Assembly: GCF_000143415.4 (NCBI RefSeq)
Contig: NW_003314314.1
Span: forward strand, 687,771-751,770
Direction: 5' to 3'
Length of the DNA: 64,000 nt
DNA from: Selaginella moellendorffii
Taxonomy: Eukaryota > Plantae > Lycopodiophyta
The notes under the pieces are model-generated. The model was given only the letters and a program-made list of their open reading frames with translations, was not told the DNA's origin and ran no database searches. Every line of letters starts with the position of its first letter. Positions within the stretch are counted from its first letter, which is position 1. Below are positions 1-12,900 of the stretch, piece after piece. A program made the position numbers and the translations under genes.

Positions 1-456
1 AGATACAGACGGTGTCTCTAACAAGTTAGCAAGAACTAAACCAAAAACCACCACAAGTGGTCTAACCAGTCTTTAAGTTGGAGAGACTATGCTCTTTAAA
101 GGATGGGCAAGGCATGGTGAGCCTTTGGTATCAGACCATTGACGAATATTGGCGAAGTGCCAAGAATGGAAAGGGTTATACATGTTAGTATTACTTTATA
201 AAATAGTTTATCCTTCAATGAGGACATCGAACTTTGTCTATGTGTGGTGGAGTTGTAAGACACAAAATCCCTAAGCCCCAAAGTAGAGCCGAAAGGGTGC
301 CACGTGGTAGTGGTTGAAGCGAAAGCCAAACGAGCGTAACACGTTTGGACTAAAAGCTCTGACTTGAAGGGTCAAGAGCAGGAGTGGAACTCCTAACAAC
401 ATACTCAAGGAACAAGCACGAAGCAAGTAATAAGTGAGTCTCTAGAAAAGGGACAC

Positions 457-975
457 GAGATGGACCCGAGATGGAGTCTGAGATGGACCTGAGATGGACC
501 CAAGATGGAGTCTGAGATGGAGTCCAAAATGGACCCGAGATGGAGTCCGAGATGGACCTGAGATGGAGTTCAAGATGGAGTCCGAGATGGACCCGAGATG
601 GAGTCCGAGATGGAGTCCAAGATGGACCCGAGATGGAGTCCGAGATGGAGTTCAAGATGGACCCAAGATGGAGTCTGAGATGGAGTCCAAGATGGACCCG
701 AGATGGACCCAAGATGGAGTCTGAGATGGACCCGAGATGGAGTCCGAGATGGACCTGAGATGGAGTCCGAGATGGAGTCCGAGAAGGACCCGAGATGGAG
801 TCCGAAGTCGAGATCGAGACTGAGATCGAGACCGAGACCGGGACTGAGACCGAGACCGGGACCGGGACCGAGACCGAGACCGAAGCCGAGGCCGAAACTG
901 AGCCCAAGTCCGAGTCCGAGTTTGAGTTTGAGTTTGAGTCCGAGTTTGAGTCCGAGTCTGAGTTCGAGTCTGAGG
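457..975. repeat. 12-mer/6-mer minisatellite (GAGATGGAGTCC / GAGACC / GAGTCT) inside LTR A
   Basis: Visible tandem array. It generates the spurious MESE/WSPR ORFs. Confidence 0.95.
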
Positions 976-1929
976 GGGTGAAAGCCCAAAGCGTTCGTCT
1001 CCTAGACCCTGGGGGGTTTGGCAAGCTCTAAAAGTATAGTAGGGGGAGGACTCCAGTGGAGCCAGTTTGGCCAGGAAAGGCTAGTTTGTCCCAAGAAGGC
1101 TGTACCCAGGTGTTGGGTGATGGGATAACCACTAGGAAGTCCAAAACTAGAGTGAATACAAATTGACAAGTGGGGTAGCTTGATGAAGTGTTCAGGAGTC
1201 GGCTCTAGTTCCCTTGGGAGATCGAATGGTCGATGTTCTCAGTCCAAGTGTGGGTGGCACTACCTACTTGGATACCTGGTGTGGCTCAATGGAACCTTGC
1301 TCTAAACCCATGGCTAGAGCACCCAAAGGTGGAAGGCAGGGAGAGTACCCATGGCTCACATAAGGCCATGGTGTTTTGAAATGTTGTCCCAAAGGCCTAA
1401 ACTGTGGAAAGGAAGAGGAGTAGTCCTTCAGTGTAATGACTAAGGATATAATTGGGTGGTGAGGAAGTCCCAGAGGACCATAGGACTTAGTGGTCGGGCT
1501 TGTGGGCCTCGATCCAATGGTAGTGTCGGCGAACATGGCCATGGGCAAAAAGGGACATGGTGAGGACCGGAAAAGGGATATTGGGGAAGGCTATTCCCAT
1601 GTTTGTGGGCATCCTAAGGATGCTAAGGAGTGGATCTAGGATGATCACTCATGGACAGATGACCCAGTCTTTGAGAGACAAGATTGTGATGTAATGTGAG
1701 ACACAAAATCCCTAGGCCCCAAAGTGGAGCCAGAAAGGTGCCACATGGTAGTGGCCGAAGCGAACGCCAAACGAGCGTAACACGTTTGGACTAAAAGCTC
1801 CGACTTGAAAGGTCGAGAGCAGGAGTGGAACTCCCAACAAAGTGCTCAAGGAACGAGCACGAAGCAAGCAATAAGCGAGGCTCCAAAAAGGGACCCAAAA
1901 AGGACCAACACATGATACGTGGAAGCATC

Positions 1930-2435
1930 TGAGATGGACCTGAGTTGGAGTCTGAAGTGGAGTCCGAGATGGACCCGAGTTGGAGTCTGAAGTGGAGTCT
2001 GAAGTGGAGTTCGAGATGGACCCAAGTTGGAGTCCGAAGTGGAGTCCGAGATGGACCCGAGTTGGAGTCCGAAGTGGAGTCCGAAGTGGAGTTCGAGATG
2101 GACCCGAGTTGGAGTCTAAAGTGGAGTCTGAAGTGGAGTTCGAGAAGGACCCGAGATGGACCCAAGATGGATCCAAGATTGAGTCCGAGACGAACCTGAA
2201 ATGGAGTCTGAGATGGAGTCCGAGATGGAGTCCGAGGTGGAGTCCGAGGTGGACCCAAGATGGATCCGAGATTGAGGCCGAGATAGACCCGAGATGGAGT
2301 CCGAGATGGAGTCCGAGAAGGACCCGAGATGGAGTCCGAGGTCGAGACTGAGACCAAGACCGAGATTGGGACCGAGACCGAGGCCGAGGCCGAGTCCGAG
2401 TCTGAGTCTGAGTCCAAGTCCGAGTTCGAGTCTGA
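1930..2435. repeat. 12-mer/6-mer minisatellite inside LTR B
   Basis: Same array family with GAAGTGGAGTCC variants. Confidence 0.95.
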
Positions 2436-2969
2436 GAGGGTGAAAGCCCAAAGTGTTCATCTCCCAGACCCTGGGGGGTTTGGTGAGCTCTAAAAGTATA
2501 GTAAGGGGGAGGACTGCAGTGGAGCCAGTTTGGCCAGGAAAGGCCAGTTTGGCCAGGAAAGGCCAGTTTGGCCCAGGAAGGCCAGACCCAATGTTGGGTG
2601 ATGAGCTGCCCACTGGGAAGTCCAAGACTAGAGTGAACACAAATCGACAAGTGGGGTAGCTTGGTGAAGTGTTCAAGAGCCGGCTCTAGTTCCCCCGAGA
2701 GATCGACTGGCCGATGCTCCCAGTCCAAGTGTGGGTGGCACTACCTACTTGGATACCTGGTGTGGCTCAATGGAACCTCGCTCTAAGCCCATAGCTAGAG
2801 CACCTAAAGGCGGAAGGTGGGGAGAGTACCCACGGGGCTCGCGTAGGGCCATGGTGTTCCGAAATGTTGTCCCAAAGTCCCAAATGGGGGAAAGGAGGAG
2901 GAGCATTCCTAAGCTCTATTTCGTTAAAGTGGGATTTATTCAGTAAAATGGGACTAGATACAAATTTTC

Positions 2970-3830
2970 AAGTATTTGAAAATGACGTGAAATTATATGT
3001 TTTTTGTCCAGGGGCTAGACATATCTGGGGCATGGTGACTAGCGCAGTGACTTTGTGTTTAGACTGAGTCCATCTGGTTGTATAATAAATCTCATTGTCA
3101 AGGTGAACAAGCTGAATCTGAAGCTAAAGAAGAGCGATGGCATGCGCGCACACACTATTTGTTTGTTCATTGAGCGTGTGGTGAGCTTTCCAAGATGAAC
3201 GTCATTCCTATTAGCCAGACATATAACTTAATGGTGAGAACATTTAGATATTATTCAATGTTATCTTTTTCTAACGAATCTAATTGTGAAGGTGTAGCAA
3301 GAGGCATTGCTAGTCTGGAGAAGTCATTTAACTCATTTGACCCTTAGTGTATTTTCATGAAACTAAATAACATTCATATTATTAAGGAATTTCTCTAGTA
3401 CCTTTTTTTTACGACATAGAAGCTTGCATTTCTTTCAAAGGTGATTTAGTAAAAGGCCTGAGGGCACATGCCATTCTATTTCTCAGACTGGTATTAAGAT
3501 ATATTAGTGCAAAGGGAAAAAAGTATTTGGTGATCAGGTAAATGGCATGAGGGCACACGCCATTATAAGCCTAAGTGCTAGTGGACACCTCCTTTTTGGT
3601 ACTCTCAGCGGTACTATCATCCTTCTCCAGGTCAGTTGTTTTGCTTTGGATTGTTGTCTCTGACGTTACTGGGGCGTTCTCAATAGTTGTTAATGTTGTC
3701 GTTTGTTCAGAAAAATGATCACCTGGAGTATAGTACGGGGAGTTTGGAAGACTTATATATTCTACATCTTCACCTATCTCCTTCTCCGTCTCCTTTTCTG
3801 CCTCACTTACAAATTTTGTGCTTGCCATGA
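2970..3830 (-). pseudogene. Possible third, decayed multi-exon gene of the transposon (unknown product)
   Basis: Acidic/Thr-rich ORF MASTKFVSEAEKE... (3571-3830) and an exon-like segment IQLVHLDNEIYYTTRW... after a TTCAG acceptor at ~3118. There are internal stops. Confidence 0.3.
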
Positions 3831-4540
3831 GAACGCTCTTCACCCTAAAATATGGAGTTCGTTGTGTTATAAAAGGAAACCAACACACACGCTGCAAGGG
3901 AATGATGGTACATAAAGCACGTAAGCCCACAATATGGGTTTATGTGCCATTAATATGGGCCACACGCCATATTATTAGATTTATGCACGTGTGATTGGTA
4001 AATGCATATGTCACATCATCTTTGTTTTACCTCACACACTATATCAGGCCTAATGAACCATATCACATGTGCGCACATGCTATATATATGGAGAAGTATT
4101 ATGCAAGGATAGAAAAATTCAATGCATGATTGTGGAGAGCAATGGCATGAAGCCACATGCTAAATAACATTTTAGAGAAAGAATTAAAATAGAAACATGC
4201 AAACAGTACTGAGTGGACCAAGACTTAGAAGTGCACAATTGAATGAGGTATTTCTAATAAATATTTCACTCACCTCATATAGGAATGGCTACCACTCTCA
4301 AATGGCGTATCGCCTCATGCCATCACCTCACAATTTGTTATAACAATCCGATGAATTCATATTCGGCTTGTTCACCTTGAACTTAAGTAAGATTTGCTAG
4401 AACAACTAAGAATTTATACTTGTTATTTGTATCATCTCACCTAGGAATGGCGTAAGGCCACATGCCATCACGCCTCCTCTGATTCAGATTCGGATTGTTC
4501 ACCTTGAAATAAAATACATTAGAAACTTAGTAAAGGAATA

Positions 4541-7366
4541 TTAATGAATCTCACTTTGAACCCGGGTTATGAATGCTCTTGCTGCATCTCTTGCATGGTC
4601 TGGCAAGGTGATGGTGGCACTCTGCTTCCGCATCCAACCATGCACAACATTATCCACCAATATGCTCATGCTGGGATCCCTTGGATTCAGCACCCATCTC
4701 TTTTCTAGGCAATCCTTCGTATATCCGGAACTTGGCTTGAACCACTCCACAGTTACATTGAAGGAGTTAGTTTCTGCGTCCTCCTCTACATCAGTGATGC
4801 AGCGCCCCACCCATATCATTTGTTTTTTATTACTGGGTCTGACAAGCATGACCATTCCTTTGCAGACCGGTACTGGATTGAATGCTGAATCCGGCTTCTT
4901 GTTCCTCGGCCCACAATAGTGATCCTCAACATCGTTATCTATCACTGCATTTCCAGAGGACATTGTTCCGCTACTATCTGGTGCTCTGGGTTCTGGCCAA
5001 AAGGACTCTTCCAATTCTTCATATACAACCGGCCCATTTTGGATAGCAGATATAATCTTCTCCTAGTATTCGAGCAAAGGCTTGCACCTCTGAAAATAGG
5101 ATTCTCCACCAAACACCAACCCCCTCTTCCAGAAGGCAATATGTTGTCTAATCCCGGCCACTATACTTTCTTGGTCTTTGAGTCCATCCGGGTGCATCGG
5201 TCGTGGGGAACCCTGAGGAATCATAGGTTCCCCAGTTATGGGATCTCTCTTGAAGAGTTCAATGCCGTCCACTGGCAGCCACACTGTGTCCCATTCTCTC
5301 ATCTTGTACCTCATCACTAGAGCACCGTCATGCATGCTGAAATGAAACTGAAGAGGCTTGGAGTGGCCAATCAGCGTTTCGGATCCGTCCCTGATGTAGC
5401 TTCTTACAAACCCCTTAAAGTCTGGAACCTCTATCACAAGTGCAGCTTCAACAGTGCCTTTGATGCAATTTTGGAATTTATCGTAGAGTTGTGGGAGGGT
5501 GAGGACATTGGATCGCCGAAGGGACTCGGCTAGGTGACTGAACATGGCATCGACGTCTTCATGAGTGTGCCCAACCATGAGAAAGCCAAGTGTAACCGTT
5601 TCAAATATGCCTTTGGCAACAAGCATCGCCAAGTACGCAAAGACGTACATGTTTTTGTTCTCACTGCCAGCATTGTCTGATTGGAGCAGAAGATGGGGTG
5701 GAAGGCCACATCGGCCGCAAGAACTTCCTTGAGATTCTACTTCGTTTGGATGAGGCTGTGCATTCACCGGGCGACCAGCCTCGTCGGAATGGCATGAGGC
5801 CTCACGTGATAACCCTACAATCTGACGGCCAACATATTCACTGGGATGGCATGGGGCCCCACGCGATACTGCAAGCCTTTGCTCCTCCTCCAGCTGAACT
5901 CTGTATGGGGTTCGATCGACAAGGGCCTTATGCAAGGGTTGGCCGTTCAGCTCAGTCTGCGCACTTTGCAGAGACCTTAAGTGTTTTGCTAGGGACGCAA
6001 TCATCATGTTTGCACCCTCGCCACCCCATAGAGGTACAAAGAAGTTCCCATAGTTCTGGGCACCATGCCCATGAGCGATTATGCCAAACAGAGACACAGG
6101 CAGCTGCATGGATGAAGAGATTGCCTTGGGGGCAGGATTGAGTCGAGGTAAGCACGTCTTTTTCTAGCCCATTTTGTTGTGGATGATGCAGAGGTAAGAG
6201 TCAGGTCTCTCCATGGAGAGAATCCTGTTATGATAATATGCAGTCTTGCAGCTTCTCTACTCGATGTTGTGGTCGAGCCGCCTTCTAACCAACGTCTCTC
6301 GCTCTTGAGCGATGCAAGAATTCTTCGACAAAGCCATTTTGATAGCAGTGCACTCGTCACACTTTGAAAAGCTGGAGTACTTTCCTATACTCACATCCCT
6401 GAACCTGTTACTCCACAATCTACTAAATCTAGATTGGCTCAGCTTCCTGTAGCCATTACTCTGGAGTTCCCGATTCACATCTTCCAATATGGCCCCCTTG
6501 GTATACATGGAAGGGAGAACTCGTTGGGTGTCTCGAGTTCCATCTTCCAAGAGGCGGGTTTTATGTGGTTGTTGCTCGCTACATGTCTCGACAAACCTCT
6601 TGAAGATTGCCTCTCCATATACAACATGACCCCTGGTTTTGTGAGTGCCGTCGTTCCCATGGACTGCCTGTTGAACCCTTTGTTCCTCGAACTCAGTTTT
6701 GATTCTGTAGAATGTGGTTCGAGGGATTCCATAAATGATTCTCTATGCCTTCATGCAGACCAAACCCTTCTGGAAGACCATGCCCCCCACCTGATGTTCT
6801 GAAGCATCAACAGATGACCATAATGCCTTATACACAAAATTGCGAGCTGCCTTCTAGGACAATGTCTTGTATCTTGCTCTCTCCTCTTCAATAGCATCCC
6901 AATCAACATGTTGACAGCACCTCCTCTTGCAACAAGCAACTGTCGAGACCATTCGAACCTCCATCGCCATTTTCTGCCTTTTCGGTTCGTTGCTCAAATC
7001 CCTTTGGCTGCGCTTTAGGAAGGTGTACTTTCTTTTCCCATGAAAAGATGTTCTGTCATCAATTGTAGTGGTGTTTGATTATGAATCCTTCACATTCTCA
7101 AACACTAAGTGCCTCAATTTCCACCGCACAATGCTTCCAATAGTCAGATTGTTTTCTTTTGTGTCAACAACCTCTAAAATCGCAACTCCAATATCATCCC
7201 AGCCCAATTCTTGATTAGCAACTGCATCTCTTGGATCGACAACTGTGGCTAAGCCCTCAGCTACCACCTCCCCCTCGGGGTTGTTTAGAAACACCTTTGC
7301 CTGAATCCATGTACCACGGTTCTTAAGATCCACGAAGGGAACATGCGTCGCACTTGCGGAGGCCAT
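4541..7366 (-). pseudogene. Sola1-like DDD transposase, ~940 codons in a single frame with 6 premature stops
   Basis: ORFs 7079-7366, 6257-6550, 5063-6109 and 4541-5014 share one frame. Read-through gives CCKRRCC, VCMKA*RIIYGI, SKCDEC, CIIHNKMG*KKTCLP (decayed first-D motif), QSDNAGSENKN and FLMVGHTHEDVDAMF. The 4-bp TSD fits the Sola superfamily. Confidence 0.8.
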
Positions 7367-7729
7367 TCTGAAAGTGCAGAAAAGAAGTTAAGACCATACA
7401 AAAAATGATTGGAGAATGGCCTAAATCATAACATACCAAACAACCTCAATAGCATGAGGCCACATGCCATTATTCAAACATGCTATTGACACCCACGTGA
7501 AATTTCGCATTCACAAAATTGGCATGAGGCCTCATGCCATCTTGATATACACACAGCTGTAGGCAAGTAAAAACATACATGACAATACGCTAGCCATGAA
7601 ATTGCAAGGGCCCAAGATGGCATGTGGCCTCATGCCATTTCTAAATGTGGTCCTAAGCCATTCCATGTTGAACATACCAGGAAGCACAAGTGCCGAATAT
7701 CAAGAGGAAGCGGTAGCCACACCAAAGAC

Positions 7730-7870
7730 AATGCCGCTCGCAACACCGCAACTACTCGTAGCGCCGCTCGCAACACCGCAACTGCTCGTAGCGCCGCTCG
7801 CACAAACTGCCACTCGCATAAACTGCCGCTCGCAATGCCGCAACCGCTCGTAGACGCATAAACCACAGCT
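7730..7870. repeat. ~30-bp CpG-rich tandem repeat (GCCGCTCGCAACACCGCAACT..) upstream of the transposase
   Basis: 3-4 visible units. Confidence 0.85.
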
Positions 7871-9339
7871 CACAACGCCGCTTACACAAGCAGTGCTCAC
7901 TGCGCTCAGCGGAACCAAGAACACGGTGCACAAAAATGATAGACCTAGGAATGAGTTCGAGAATTCAAAAATAACACACGCTTGAACGTCACATCAAATC
8001 CTCTGACAAACCAGATCTTATGATTCCTCTGACAAATTTCAAACTGAGTAGCTTCTAGACTTTGCTGTCGGACGTTGAACTTTGTCACATCATGTCCTTG
8101 CCTCGATCCAGCTGTGCCATGTCAGTGATTCGAACTTTGCCATGCCATGTCAGCGATCCGCGCCAAGATTATTCACCGTGTAAAGGAATAATTATGCTGT
8201 GTGTGTACGTCCATTTATGGCAATATAAGGCCACACGCCATTCAAAGAATAATGCTAGTCGAGCATTTTTTGGTGCATTTTTGGGTTCAAAATTGCATGA
8301 GCCCACACGCTATAAAGTTTACCTATACCAAAAATAGAAACAGCTTTATTTACTTGGGAATTTAAGTGGTTGAGGCATTTTTAAACTTACAAACACATGC
8401 CCTACTTACATTCCTTTGGTTGCTTAAAATTCAAAAATATTATAAACCTTTCTTTTTGCATTTTCAATGTTTTCAATTATGGTTTTTGATTTTTGCAGGA
8501 CCAGCCTAGTAATCTATTTGCATCCCATCATATTTATAACTAGCTTTCGTTTGTCCCCTTCGCTAGCTTGAGATACATCTGCTCGGCATCTGCCTCTTAC
8601 AGCATTTGCCCAGAAAGGGCATCTTTCTTCACGCAGCATTTGCCACATGTTTAGGGTTTAGGGTTTAGCAATTCAATAGCTTGATAAACATGCAAATACA
8701 AAACTTGATGCAAAATCCTTTGATATGTCACAATGCCCCTAGGACCATAAACACATTTCAATAGAGAGGGTCCTTTCATTTCATAACTCCTTACGTAGAT
8801 CTTGGTGAAACCAGAGTTAGTGAAGTTAGTTTCTTGTGATCCCGCATCTGATTGTGATGTCCCTTTGCAGTGTCGATGGAAAGGTCAATGCACACTAAAC
8901 TGTAGAATCTTGGAGCAAAATAACGGTCGGATCTATGGCAAATGCCCCTGAAACATTGTAAGGCTTGTGTGGTCTCATGTGGTGTCTGATCGAGATGCTT
9001 CTTTGCAGGGTCATCAAGAAGGACATTGTATACCATTCTTTATTTAGTTAAACATCTGGCATTTTTGGAAATACAAGATGCTTTGGAATATCCAATCATG
9101 CATGGTATAAATATAGCGAGGGTATTAAATGATATCCCAATCATGATCTTTCTTTTGGATTTCGCATGCATGCAGTCCGAGGAATGATGACGTTGCGGAT
9201 TTCTTTTGGATTTCACGTGCATGCATGCGCGCGGCGATCCAGAAATTAATGGTGGCGCCCAAGTCCGAGGAATGATGACGTTGCGGGATTACCAACCGTC
9301 GTGACATTTCGCGCGTGTGAGGTTAGGTTTTGCATCGTA

Positions 9340-9490
9340 CTCACGCTCGCACACTCGCGCTCGCATCGCGCTCCCACTCGCGATCACACTCACATTCGCG
9401 TTCATCTACCTTCTCTACAGGTTTCTCGTGTGCATCAGCATCCACTCGCGCTTGCATCACACTCGCGCTCGCATCACGCTCGTGTGCATC
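9340..9490. repeat. CpG-rich CACTCGCGCTCGCATCAC repeats upstream of the cargo gene
   Basis: Several degenerate units visible. Confidence 0.75.
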
Positions 9491-9952
9491 GGCTTCCACT
9501 TCAAGACACACCCAGTTTGTAACTTCGCCGCCAACTCCGCCGCCCACTCCGCCACCCACACGCAGCCCACTTGGCGTCCCGGGAGATTTCAGCGCCACTC
9601 TCCAACTGTAAGTGGCAGAGTAGCCTTGCTGCTACGATCCACTGCACACATAGTGCACATTCGCCAGCGAGTCCGGCCTCGATTGTCACGCCTCCATTCG
9701 GCTTCAAATGGTAAGTCTTTTAGGCCAAGTAGAAAATGGCATAAGGCCACATGCCATTCAGTAGCAACATTGGCATGCACCGATTGGGCTCTCGAGTGTA
9801 GTCCGGTTACAGATGGCGTGTAGCCTCACGCCATCTTAGGATGCAGCCTCAAGACATCTGATGCAGTAGTGGTGAATGGCGTGTGGCCTCACGTTATTTT
9901 CAGCTGCTAGCTTTTCATCTGTCAACTCTAATTGTTATGCATTTCTAAACAG

Positions 9953-12900
9953 GCGAGGAATTGCGTTCTTCTTCCAGCCATTGTCAATGTGGATGCAGAG
10001 AAGGGGGAGGAGCTCACCAGTTGGACTTTCGGGATGGAAGGCGAGGATTTGAGGCTGTACAACACAGATGGTGGGAGAAAAGAATGCATGGGGATCCTCA
10101 TCCAAGTGACAGACACTCCATGCAGTTCCATGCAAGAATATGGACTGGCATTTGTGGTAGAGACAGCGTTCACCTTCAAGATCCACCTTGCACATCCTAG
10201 CGGCTTCCCGGAGGGGGGCAGCGGCTATGAGGAATTCCTAGAGGGAGCTAGGGAGAGGTTGTCCAGGAGGCCCACAATTTCAAAGACGCTGCGGGTCTAT
10301 GAAGATCACATGGAATCCACGAACCTCACCTACAGCGATGTTCAAAAACTATATTCCAACATTGAGCCGTTGAGAGTGCCTCCAGTTCGCGAAGCGAAGG
10401 GGAAGGGGGTCGATCTGGAAACTACCCCAAAGTAGAAAAGGGTGGTCAAGCTCAAGCCGACGTCCGACTCTGCTGCTCCAAAAAAGAAGCTACTCGGTGA
10501 TGCCATTGCCTCGGGTTCGAACACTACACCCACCAAAAAGAAGAGCCGCAAAGAGCAGAAAGAGCAAGAAGAGGCAGCAAAAATCGTCACAGATAATAGT
10601 ACTTGTTACTATTCCAACAAAGTATATACAATCGACGTGAGCTGTATCGATATCCAAAGCAAATACAACCACAGGCTAGTATCTGATGAGTGGGTGGAGA
10701 AACTGAAGCAGAAGATGCTGGCAAGTCCAGTAACACCCGACATCGTAGACGTGATCCCCTACTACCGAACAATGAAGGGCGAGACGAGGTTTCCAGACTT
10801 GATCAATAGGAAGGTGTTGGACGATCAGAACATCCGGTTTTATGCCGTCTCCGGGCAGCATTCTAGCTTGGCGATGCAAGAGATAGTTGTGGATATTATG
10901 GTGGGCGAAGAGGTGAAGAAAGTCTTCAAGACAAGAGTTGTCCGCCTGATAAAAGGCAACTCGCCCCTCCGATCTATCATATACATCTCCCACGCGCAGA
11001 ATGTCAAGCAAGAAACGTACTACAAATCGAGTCTGCACGAGACATTGGCACGAACACGGAAGCTCTAGGTTCAACTGAAGAAGCCACAAAAACCAGGACA
11101 AGGACGTGCACTAGCAACTAGCGCCTGGCAGGTAAGCCTCGTTGCATGTGGCATAGCATGTGGCCTCACGTCATTTCCATTGTAGGAATTCTCGAGTCTT
11201 CTCTCGAAAACACTGGGGGTCAATGACACACTCAGCATCCATAACATTCTACTCGCGACAAAAGTTGTTTTTGACAAATGGGTAGATGTGCTGAGGAGGT
11301 ACCATGACGGGGAGTTGCTAAACTCAATGGGTGTGGAGAACGGCCGGAAGCCCAATGATTTGAAGCTCAACGCCTTGCATTTCTCGTGGTCTCTAGACAA
11401 CGACGACCTTCTGACAGTGGCTAATGCTCTTCTACGTGGTGAGGTAGTCTTCAACAAGACCAAAATGACTCCCGGCCATATTGTGACATACGAGGACTTG
11501 TGCACGACTCTGAGAGCTCGTGCGCTATTGAAGGATTGGATCTTCGAGCAAGTGGCCGTGGAGAGGGTGAGCATCGACACCACGCAAGAGATGATGGAAG
11601 AACTGGAGTTGTCAAATGAAGACATCGACGAGTACGTGAAGGGGGCCCCCAAGTTCATCGATCTGCTGCGGGATGCCACGAAAAGTAAAGCTGAGAAGTT
11701 GGATCAGTATCCAAATTTCATTAAGAGGGATGTCGACCACCGGCTTCAGAAACAGCTCAACCCCGCAATAGAGGCCTATCGAGAACCTTACCGGGTATAC
11801 GTGAATTCGGATGAGGAGGAGCATCGTTTCCCGCGGAGATGAGCAGGTCAAGAACATCTTTTGTGTGATGGACTTCACAAACGAGGAGATCACTCATGCA
11901 GACGAAGTCAGCTCCATCATTGACTTAATGGTGGGACTTGCGGAGGTGGAATCTTCAGTCCACTATATGATCTACGACTCCGAATCCTATCACAAGTTTT
12001 GGAAGGCCTTGAACGAGGTGAAGGCTCGGTTGAAAGGCAAGGAGATGCGGGAGATCCATGGGATAATGGCTAAGAAGAAGATACTGACGAATGTCCGCAT
12101 CTTCACACTCGCCCTTGTTATTGGTCCTGCAGCAGAGTGGGACTGGATTGACTTCCCAGCTTCGTTCGACAAGACCGATCGAATTGATCTGAGGGAGGTC
12201 AATTTACCCGTGCCTGAGGAACTGAAGACGGCTATGGAGCTTTCGAATCCAGAGAAAGCTCCAGGTGCAGCATGGGAAATGCTCAGCTGGGTCTTCAACG
12301 CAATAGCGGGTGGGTCACCTGCTTCCGACTCCAAGGGCAAATGCGTTGTCGAGTACAACTGCGGCGGACTATTCTTTCGAGCCGCACTACTCAAGGGTGT
12401 CCCGTGTGTTGCGGTGACAAACTCCATTGAAGAGGTGACTTCAATGGAGCATATAATTACAGTTGCCAAAGAAAAACAGTATCTTCTCTGCGAACCTGGT
12501 GAGTACGCACTTTAAGTTTAAATGTTATCTCACAAGCTCTGTATGCAGGAGCGTGGCCACCCCCAGATGCTGAAACGGCGTTAACAGCTACTGTTGAAGA
12601 TACCCATGTTGGGCCGAGCTCACAACCTGCACAAGGTAAGGTCACGTGAGGCCTCACGCCATTTTGATTATAGATCGTTGTGAATATTCAGACACGAGGA
12701 CTGAAAAGCGCACTGGTGGCGCGTCGAAGAAGGACAAACAGACAAGCAATAGGAAAAAAGGAGGTACAAATTATATTTGCAATGGCGTGTGGTCTCATGC
12801 CATTCCTTGCAGGAGACACTTCTTCAAAGGCAAAACAGGCAAGCACCAGCCAAGCTCAAACTGACAGTGGTCATAAAAAGCACGTTGGACAGTCGTCAGG

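Noticed and set aside
350-2728. Many long ORFs (MESE.., WSPR.., SDSISG..)
   Set aside because: They are translations of the stop-poor 12-mer minisatellite within LTRs.
8650-8668. Telomere or healed break
   Set aside because: Fewer than three TTTAGGG units, which is compatible with a telo-box or chance.
9176-9290. Box C-like ATGATGA duplicated (snoRNA?)
   Set aside because: No convincing box D or terminal stem. It is a short direct repeat in the transposon.
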